From: an uncultured Actinomycetota bacterium
GTDB taxonomy: Bacteria; Actinomycetota; Actinomycetes; Mycobacteriales; Mycobacteriaceae
Assembly: GCA_963796825.1 (NCBI GenBank)
Contig: CAWCNE010000002.1
Span: forward strand, 532,869 to 596,868
Length of the DNA: 64,000 bases
Reading direction: 5' to 3'
Within the stretch, counting starts at the first letter, position 1; each line of letters begins with the position of its first letter. Of the stretch, positions 56,887 through 64,000 are shown in pieces. Both the position numbers and the translations under genes were made by a program. Under the pieces are notes generated by a model. The model saw nothing but the letters and a program-made list of their open reading frames with translations, was not told the DNA's origin and made no database searches.

Positions 56887-57812
56887 GCCGCGGACTGGTG
56901 ATCGGCGAAGCGCTCATCGACATCGTCCAGGACGGCCACCGCATCGTCGGCGAGCATGTCGGCGGCAGCCCACTCAACGTCGCGGTCGGGCTGGCCCGGC
57001 TGGGCCGCGACGTCGATTTCCTCACCCACATCGGTGACGATCCGTACGGCCGGCGCATCGCCGAGTACGTCGACGCGTCCGGGGCACAACTCGTTTCGGG
57101 GAGCCAAAGCGCGCGAACGAACGACGACGGCACGTCTGACTGTCGACGCAAAGTGGTTCGGCGAACTACGAATTCGACCTGGATTGGCAGCTGTCCGGAA
57201 CGCCGCCGGTGGCGCCGCCGCTCTTCGTGCACACCGGATCGATTGCCGCGGTGCATGACCCGGGGTGCCTGGCCGTCGCCGCGCTCGTCGACGCCTACCG
57301 GATGTCGGCCACTGTCAGTTTCGATCCCAACGTGCGGCCGTCGCTGATCGCCGATCGGGAACTGGCCCGCACCCGCATCGAGCACCTCGTCGAGCGCAGC
57401 GACATCGTGAAAGTCAGCGAGGAGGACCTGCGCTGGCTCGACCCCGGACCGCAAGCCGGAAGACATCGCCCAGACCTGGCAGTCGCTGGGTCCCGCGATC
57501 GTGGCGGTGACGATGGCCGACCAGGGCGCCGAGGCAGTCTGCGCGGCCGGGGTGGTGCGGGTGCCGGCCCGATCGGCGCACGTGGTCGACACCGTCGGCG
57601 CCGGCGATTCCTTCATGGTCGGTCTGCTCGACGCGCTGTGGTCGCAAGGGCTGCTGGGCGCCGACCGACGTGCCGAGCTTGCCGCGCTCGATCTCGAGGC
57701 GCTGACGGCCGCACTGGAGGCCGGCAGCGCCGTTGCGGCGGTCACCGTTGGCCGCGCGGGCGCTGACCTGCCGGATCGGGACGCGCTGACCGCCGCGGCG
57801 CAGCAGCGATAG
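56883..57812 (+). CDS. PfkB-family carbohydrate kinase (fructokinase-like); frameshifts
   Basis: IGEALID, GGSPLNVAVGLARLG, FDPNVRP, VDTVGAGDSF. Confidence 0.87.
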
Positions 57813-57849
57813 AGGCGTATCCGCCCAGCACTATGGGCATACTGGCAGC

Positions 57850-58773
57850 ATGCGTTCGATCTGGAAGGGCTCGATCTCTTTCGGGCTGGTGAACGTCCCG
57901 GTCAAGGTGTACAGCGCGACCGAGGACCACGACATCAAGTTCCATCAGGTGCATGCCAAAGACAATGGCCGCATCCGGTACAAGCGGGTGTGCGAGGTGG
58001 ACGGCGAAGTCGTCGAGTATCGCGACATCGCGCGGGCTTACGAGTCCGACGACGGCCAGATGGTGATCATCACCGACGACGACATCGCGACGCTGCCCGA
58101 GGAGCGCAGCCGCGAAATCGAAGTGCTGGAGTTCGTTCCGGCCAGCGAGCTCGACCCGATGATGTACGACCGCAGCTACTTCCTCGAGCCGGATGGCAAG
58201 TCGACGAAATCCTATGTGCTGCTGGCCAAGACATTGGCCGAGACCGATCGGGTGGCGATCGTGCATTTCGCGCTGCGCAACAAGACCCGGCTTGCGGCGT
58301 TGCGTGTCAAGGACTTCAGCAAGCGCGAGGTCATGGTGATCCACACGCTGCTGTGGCCCGACGAAATCCGCGATCCCGACTTCCCGGTGCTGGACAAGAA
58401 GGTCGAGGTCAAACCGGCTGAGCTCAAGATGGCCGGCCAGGTGGTCGAGTCGATGGCCGACGACTTCAACCCCGACCGCTACCACGACGACTATCAGGAA
58501 CAGTTGCAGGAGTTGGTGCAGGCCAAGCTCGAAGGCGGCGAGGCCTTTACCACCGAAGAGCGGCCGAAAGAGCTTGACGAGACCGAAGACGTCTCCGATC
58601 TGCTGGCCAAATTGGAGGCCAGCGTGAAGGCGCGCTCCGGTGGCGACAACGCGCCCGCGAAGAAAACACCGGCCAAAAAGGCCGCCGCCAAGAAGACTCC
58701 GGCGAAAAAGACGGCGGCCAAAAAAACGGCGGCGAAGAAAACACCGGCCAAAAAGGCAGCTGCCAAGCGCTAG
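57850..58773 (+). CDS. ku: NHEJ DNA end-binding protein Ku with Lys/Ala-rich tail
   Basis: MRSIWKGSISFGLVNVPVK, YFLEP, LLWPDEIR, PAKK repeats; CATACT -10 box 6 nt before ATG. Confidence 0.96.
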   Translation: MRSIWKGSISFGLVNVPVKVYSATEDHDIKFHQVHAKDNGRIRYKRVCEVDGEVVEYRDIARAYESDDGQMVIITDDDIATLPEERSREIEVLEFVPASELDPMMYDRSYFLEPDGKSTKSYVLLAKTLAETDRVAIVHFALRNKTRLAALRVKDFSKREVMVIHTLLWPDEIRDPDFPVLDKKVEVKPAELKMAGQVVESMADDFNPDRYHDDYQEQLQELVQAKLEGGEAFTTEERPKELDETEDVSDLLAKLEASVKARSGGDNAPAKKTPAKKAAAKKTPAKKTAAKKTAAKKTPAKKAAAKR

Positions 58774-58779
58774 AACGCT

Positions 58780-59116
58780 TTACGGGCACATGAAGGCGAT
58801 CGGCGGGCAGTGCCTGATGGTGATCGCATCGATCGGCGGGTTGTCTCCATCCCAGATGCTTGCCGTCTTCCCGTTGGAGGAATCGACGACGTTACCCATC
58901 CCGTAATTAGTGGAATAGAAGGTGTGGCAGACGTTCCAATCCCACACCACGTCTCCCGGGCCGGGTGGGCGGATCGTGTCGTTGCCCGGGACACCAGTGG
59001 CGCTCAGGAGTGGCGACCGCGTGGGCGGCCGCTGCGGTGAGCGCCGGTCCGGTGGCGGCCACGCCGCATACCAAGAATGCCCCGGCCACGATTTTGACAA
59101 TGTAAGGGTTGCTCAT
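58780..59116 (-). CDS. Small secreted Cys-containing protein; frameshift near 58988
   Basis: Signal peptide (AHA) from ORF 58907-59122 joins WCPG...WDWNVCHT...FMCP in ORF 58780-59100. Confidence 0.65.
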
Positions 59117-59148
59117 CTGCATAGTCTGACCGATTCACGGCCTTGTCA

Positions 59149-59168
59149 CATGGGGAAATCTCCCCATG
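59149..59168. promoter_or_regulatory. Palindrome in divergent promoter region
   Basis: CATGGGGA-AATC-TCCCCATG. Confidence 0.5.
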
Positions 59169-59335
59169 CCCGCAGCGTACTGAGCAACAGTGCGCGTTCA
59201 CCGCGTGGCGCACGATGATGCCCTGCAACTGGCTGGGCCAGCAGGTACCCCAGGGCACCCCCGGTAGTTGGGGATAACGACAACCTGACGGTCGCACGCC
59301 GCGCGAAGTGGCGTGATCTCCAGTAGCGTTAGTTC

Positions 59336-59689
59336 ATGGAAGTCCGATGTACGCGGTGGGCGGTGGCGTTGTCCGCCGTCATGGTGTTCTGTGCGGCGCC
59401 GGCTTCGGCCGATGCCACCGATGACGCGGTGCTGGCGGCCCTGGCGAAACGCAACATCCAGCTCAGCGATCGCGATACAACGCTTGCCGAAGCTCATATG
59501 GTGTGCGACGGGCTCGACAAACACTACAAGACAAGCGCTTTGGCGATGAAGTTGGTCGGGGACACCGACCTCAACTTCAGCCAGTCCAGCTTCTTCATCG
59601 GTGTCGCGGTGGCGGCCTACTGCCCGCAGTACAAGGGACACGGCGACACATCCATGAGTTGGCTCAACCCCAGCCCGCCGCTGATGTAA
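59336..59689 (+). CDS. DUF732 domain secreted protein
   Basis: APASA-DATDD signal peptide, AHMVC, FIGVAVAAYCP. Confidence 0.82.
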   Translation: MEVRCTRWAVALSAVMVFCAAPASADATDDAVLAALAKRNIQLSDRDTTLAEAHMVCDGLDKHYKTSALAMKLVGDTDLNFSQSSFFIGVAVAAYCPQYKGHGDTSMSWLNPSPPLM

Positions 59690-59762
59690 TCCGAACGCCT
59701 TTACTCCGCACCCACCCGCGGCCTCAGACCCCACAGCGACGGGTGCTCTGAACTTCGCGCCG

Positions 59763-60969
59763 ATGCAACAGCAAGGGGCGGTGCTGCCCGTGCCCGCGCC
59801 GGGCCACGGTGCGGCGACACAACAGGTGCCGAACCCCGCGAGACACGATCAATTCCGATTCGGGACGAGCGGCATGTACGGGACGATCGGGGGTCGTGCC
59901 GGGCGGCGGCACTGAGAAACCATTGTAAACTGTGGATGGACCCAACAGGAACAACACATACGCACGCTTTTCCTTCTCGCGCCGATCTCGGGATTATGTG
60001 GGACAACGGCCAAACCGGCGCGAACGACCAGGTGCTCATGGCATTCGGCGACACGTTCGGCGATTGCAGCGTCGCTAGCCAGCAATGGCGGAGCAACACC
60101 TTGTTTCGCAGCGCGGACCACAATCTGTCCGACGGAATGTCGGTGCCAGATCCCGCATTCGGCAACGTCTACGCAGGCTCGCCGGTCCTGTCCGCGACTC
60201 CACCGGGATCGAACTTCTCAAGACAAATCATCGCCAGTCTCAATCTCGCCCCAACCGAGGTGACCATCACTCCCAACCGCTGGAATCTCGGTGGGGACAA
60301 CGCAGTACGTCAATTTTATGTCGGTCAGGCAGTGGGGCAATCCGGGCCAATGGACCACGAACTTTTCTGCAATCGCGGTTTCGACCGACAACGGCGAAAA
60401 TTGGACCGCCAGCCGTGGAACCGTCCGTCCGAGCGATTCTATTTCAGCGTACCCAGCGTCTGGTTCAACTGGGGCAACCAGAATTTTCAGCAGGGGGCGT
60501 TCGTCCGACGCGACGGTTACCTGTACTCATACGGCACCCCGTCCGGACGCTGCGGGCTCGGCATACGTGTCGCGCGTCCCCGAGAATGCTGTGCTGGACC
60601 TCAATCAGTACGAATACTGGAGCCAACCGTGGTGGAATTTCTTCGGAACAGGATCGTGGGTCGCAAACAGACCTGGGCCGCCACGCCCGTCATATCGGCT
60701 CCGGTGAGCGAGATGTCAGTTCAATACAACGATTACCTCAATAAGTACATCGCGCTCTACACCGACGGGTCGAACAACGTCGTGATGCGGACAGCGGACA
60801 ATCCACAAGGACGTGGAGCGCAGCGCAGACGCTTGTGACGTCAACACAACTTCCGGGCGGCATTTACGCCCCCTTTATCCACCCCTGGTCGGCTGGCCAC
60901 GACCTGTACTTCAACCTGTCGTTGTGGTCGACCTACAGCGTAGCGTTGATGCACACGACGCTGCCCTAG
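59763..60969 (+). CDS. DUF4185 domain protein (GH183 endo-D-arabinanase family); many frameshifts, start approximate
   Basis: DLGIMWDNG, VLMAFGDTFG, WRSNTLFRS, WTTNFSAIAVSTDNGENW, VSEMSVQYN, IYAPFIHPW, LYFNLSLWSTY. Confidence 0.78.
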
Positions 60970-61016
60970 ACTCCAGTTTCATTGGTGCCGAACATGTCTC
61001 GCTCTCGCTCCAGACT

Positions 61017-61091
61017 AGAAAAAAAAAAAAAAAGGGGGGGGGGGGGGGGGGGGGGGGGGAAAAAAAAAAAAAAAAGGGATTGGATCAACGA
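61017..61091. other. Homopolymer A/G runs, probable sequencing or assembly artefact
   Basis: Long A, G and A runs in an otherwise GC-rich, high-complexity sequence. Confidence 0.85.
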
Positions 61092-61117
61092 AGGCTAAGA
61101 AAAAAAAAAAACAGACC

Positions 61118-61375
61118 GTGGCGATAGTCCTGACGACGCTGGCAGAAGCCCTCGCAGTGCTTTGCGCGCCGACGGCGGCGTACGCGGATCCCGTTGTGCC
61201 GCAACCAGACACTGCCTGTTCGCCGAATCTCGCCAACGCGATGACCTGGCTTCGGGAGCAGAACATAAACCTGGAGTGCCTGCAGCAACCAAACCACCGC
61301 TACCAATGGACAATCTTAACGTGGTGGCCCGAGGTCATGAAGTCGTGGCAGACGGACGTGTCCCAAGCCGGGTAG
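61118..61375 (+). CDS. Putative secreted protein fragment
   Basis: Hydrophobic N-terminus, AYA-DP, PQPDTAC...AMTW...LEC; lies in a low-quality region. Confidence 0.4.
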   Translation: MAIVLTTLAEALAVLCAPTAAYADPVVPQPDTACSPNLANAMTWLREQNINLECLQQPNHRYQWTILTWWPEVMKSWQTDVSQAG

Positions 61376-61584
61376 ATGGGAACCCGGTTCCCCCGTGGCC
61401 AGCCGCATCGATTGTGATATCCAGTGGCGGAGGATCTCCAGGACACCAGCGCCCAGTGGTGAGTTTCTTCAGGTTATAAGTGATATTCATAGCGGCTACC
61501 TATCGTCGTCCTTCTTCTGCCGCGTGGCTGGTCCAGTCCTCATCGCATCGCGCCAATCACGTTGTCGTCCTGCAGGATCGGATG

Positions 61585-61974
61585 TCACGCCTTCGGGCAG
61601 AACATTCCGAGTATCTGCTGGCAGTTGCTTCTGTCGATGACGAACGGCCCGGGATCGGGCGGTGGCGGAGGCGGTGGCGGCACCTCGCCCTCGAAAATGT
61701 TCTGGGCGACATTGCCCTGCCCATGCTGGACGTACCAGTAGGTGTGGCAGGCGTTGAAGTCCCAGCGGACCGGGTTCGTCACGTGATTGCCGGTCTGCAC
61801 CGGAGGATCGCCCGGGCACCAACGACAAGGGCCACGCGGGCTGTCCGGCGGGCAGCCGGGCCAGGAGTCTGCCTGCGCCGCGGGTACACCTGCGGTGACG
61901 AACATGCCCAAGGTCAGGCCGGCGGACAGCAGCCCGCCGGTAAGGATCTTCTTCAGGGTTCCAGCGTTGCGCAT
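61585..61974 (-). CDS. Small secreted Cys/Pro-rich protein, paralogue of 58780-59116
   Basis: AQA-D signal peptide, WCPGD, WDFNACHTYW, poly-Pro, MFCP; GGAAGGA RBS. Confidence 0.75.
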   Translation of the reverse strand: MRNAGTLKKILTGGLLSAGLTLGMFVTAGVPAAQADSWPGCPPDSPRGPCRWCPGDPPVQTGNHVTNPVRWDFNACHTYWYVQHGQGNVAQNIFEGEVPPPPPPPPDPGPFVIDRSNCQQILGMFCPKA

Positions 61975-62054
61975 GGCGTCCTTCCTCTTCGTTCATCAGA
62001 AAGGTAGGCGCGACCGCTTGTCAGATTCTTAACGGCGACCGCGAGCAGGGAAAC

Positions 62055-62068
62055 TAGAACGTGTTTCA
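62055..62068. promoter_or_regulatory. KstR operator upstream of the Rv0927c-like operon
   Basis: TAGAACGTGTTTCA matches TnnAACnnGTTnnA. Confidence 0.82.
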
Positions 62069-62104
62069 GAAATAGGGTTCCGCGGCCGTCGGCGCCTTGT
62101 TACG

Positions 62105-62905
62105 GTGACGCCCGTGATCCTGGACAAATTCCGACTCGACGACCAAGTCGCCGTCGTCACCGGTGGCGGCCGCGGTCTCGGCGCAGCCATCGCGTTGGCG
62201 TTCGCCGACGTCGGCGCCGACGTCGTCATCGCCTCCCGCACCCAATCCGAACTAGAGGCCGTCGCCGAGAAGGTCCGCGCCGCGGGTCGGCGCGCCCACA
62301 TCGTCACCGGCGATCTGGCTCAGCCCGAGGTCACCGCCGAGCTGGCCGCGAAGGCCGTCGAGGCGTTCGGGCGACTGGACATCGTCGTCAACAACGTCGG
62401 CGGCACCATGCCCAACGGCCTGCTGACCACGTCGACGAAGGACCTCAAAAGCGCGTTCACCTTCAACGTCGCCACCGCCCACGCGCTGACCATCGCCGCA
62501 GTACCGCTGATGCTCGAGCACTCCGGCGGCGGGAGCATCATCAACATCACGTCGACGATGGGACGGGTGGCCGGCCGCGGCTTCGCCGCCTACGGCACCG
62601 CCAAAGCCGCGCTCGCCCACTACACCCGGCTGGCCGCGCTCGACCTGTGCCCGCGGGTCCGGGTCAACGCCATCGCGCCGGGCTCGATCGCCACGTCCGC
62701 GCTCGACATCGTCGCCTCCAACGACGAGTTTCGCGTGCCGATGGAGAAGGCGACCCCAATGCGCCGCCTTGGCCAGCCCGACGAGATCGCCGCCGCCGCG
62801 GTGTATTTGGCATCGCCCGCCGGTGCCTACCTGACCGGCAAGGTGATCGAAGTCGACGGCGGCATCACCTTTCCCAACCTCGACCTACCGATCCCGGACC
62901 TGTGA
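62105..62905 (+). CDS. SDR oxidoreductase, Rv0927c-like
   Basis: [27 protein letters not shown]. Confidence 0.9.
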   Translation: MTPVILDKFRLDDQVAVVTGGGRGLGAAIALAFADVGADVVIASRTQSELEAVAEKVRAAGRRAHIVTGDLAQPEVTAELAAKAVEAFGRLDIVVNNVGGTMPNGLLTTSTKDLKSAFTFNVATAHALTIAAVPLMLEHSGGGSIINITSTMGRVAGRGFAAYGTAKAALAHYTRLAALDLCPRVRVNAIAPGSIATSALDIVASNDEFRVPMEKATPMRRLGQPDEIAAAAVYLASPAGAYLTGKVIEVDGGITFPNLDLPIPDL

Positions 62906-62907
62906 GC

Positions 62908-63999
62908 ATGGCCATCAAAGTCGCCGCGATCGGCACCGGCAATGTCGGCATCCACGCGCTCAGGGCACTGATCACCAACCCGGACTACGAGCTCACCGCA
63001 GTGTGGGTGTCCTCGGAATCCAAGGCCGGTAAAGACGCCGGAGAGCTTGCCGGCCTTGATATTTCGACCGGTATCACCGCGTCCACCGATCTGGATGCGG
63101 TACTGGCCACCGGCCCGCAGTGCGCGGTCTACACCGCGATGGCCGACAACCGGCTGCCCGACGCCCTCGAGGATTACCGGCGCATTCTGGCCGCCGGCGT
63201 CAACGTCGTCGGCAGCAGTGCCGTCTTCCTGCAGTACCCGTGGCAGGTGCTGCCGGAGGCCATGCTCAAACCGATCGAAGATGCTGCGCGGGAAGGCAAT
63301 TCGAGTCTTTTCGTCAACGGCATCGACCCCGGTTTCGCCAACGACCTGATTCCGCTGGCGCTGGCCGGAACCTGCCAGAGCATCCAGCAGATCCGCTGCA
63401 TGGAGATCGTCGACTACGCCACCTACGACAGCGCGACGGTCATGTTCGACGTGATGGGATTCGGCAAGCCGCTCGACGAGATCCCGATGCTGCTGCAACC
63501 GGGCGTGCTGAGCCTGGCGTGGGGATCGGTGGTGCGCCAACTCGCCGCCGGGCTGGGCATCGAACTCGACTCGATCACCGAACGCCAGGAGCGGATTCCG
63601 GCGCCCGAGGACTTCGACATCGCGTCCGGGCACATCCCCAAGGGCAGTGCCGCCGCGCTGCGTTTCGAGGTGCAGGGACTGGTCGACGGCCATCCCGCAG
63701 TCGTCCTCGAACACGTCACCCGGTTGCGCGAAGACCTGTGCCCGGACTGGCCGCAGCCGGCCCAGCCCGGTGGGTGCTATCGGATCGAGATCACCGGCGA
63801 ACCGTCGTACGCCGTCGACGTCTGCCTGAGCAGCCCCAACGGCGACCACAACCACGCCGGCCTGGTCGCGACGGCGATGCGGGTCGTCAACGCCATCCCC
63901 GCCGTCGTTGCCGCCCCCGCCGGAATCCGGACCACGCTGGACCTGCCGCTGATCACCGGACGCGGCCTGTATTCGGTGGGCATAGAAGGTTTCGGTTAA
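62908..63999 (+). CDS. Dihydrodipicolinate-reductase-like / NAD(P)H-dependent amine dehydrogenase family protein, Rv0926c-like
   Basis: IGTGNVG Rossmann motif, NGIDPGFANDL, TAMRVVNAIPAV..APAGI...LDLP. Confidence 0.82.
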   Translation: MAIKVAAIGTGNVGIHALRALITNPDYELTAVWVSSESKAGKDAGELAGLDISTGITASTDLDAVLATGPQCAVYTAMADNRLPDALEDYRRILAAGVNVVGSSAVFLQYPWQVLPEAMLKPIEDAAREGNSSLFVNGIDPGFANDLIPLALAGTCQSIQQIRCMEIVDYATYDSATVMFDVMGFGKPLDEIPMLLQPGVLSLAWGSVVRQLAAGLGIELDSITERQERIPAPEDFDIASGHIPKGSAAALRFEVQGLVDGHPAVVLEHVTRLREDLCPDWPQPAQPGGCYRIEITGEPSYAVDVCLSSPNGDHNHAGLVATAMRVVNAIPAVVAAPAGIRTTLDLPLITGRGLYSVGIEGFG

Positions 64000-64000
64000 C

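Noticed and set aside
1..57812. Programmed ribosomal frameshifting in split genes
   Set aside because: Shifts are numerous, scattered and lack consistent slippery sites; error is more parsimonious
58652..58770. PAKK/AAKK repeats in Ku as a novelty
   Set aside because: Basic low-complexity tails are a known feature of many actinobacterial Ku proteins
61017..61091. Poly-A/poly-G tracts as a phase-variation or G-quadruplex element
   Set aside because: Run lengths and the degraded neighbouring sequence fit a base-calling artefact better
1..64000. tRNA, rRNA, transposase or defence-system genes
   Set aside because: No recognisable signatures seen on either strand

Overview
GC-rich mycobacterial chromosome segment, most likely an environmental Mycolicibacterium/Mycobacterium. 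Gene order follows M. tuberculosis Rv0974c to Rv0926c: accD2-accA2-fadE12-echA7, AAA+/vWA pair, purH-purN-perM-Rv0954, sucCD, M23 peptidase, uvrD1, chorismate mutase, pgi, fpg2, ligD, ku, Rv0927c-Rv0926c. Accessory blocks are a ClC transporter, an LGFP lipoprotein, a ~6.3 kb signal-peptide (PE-less) PGRS gene preceded by a LAL/LuxR regulator module with repeated operators, an AurF-like oxygenase pair, a cheB remnant, a mannitol module between ligD and ku, and a cluster of small secreted proteins. Many conserved genes carry single-base frameshifts and there is a homopolymer artefact at ~61.0 kb, so most disruptions are probably sequencing or assembly errors. The best candidate novelty is a leaderless 19-aa peptide rich in aromatic residues (MLNAQWRFFYGYRPTVPVV) with attenuator-like alternative hairpins directly upstream of the chorismate mutase gene. 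Family and orthologue assignments come from recognising the translations; no database search was run.
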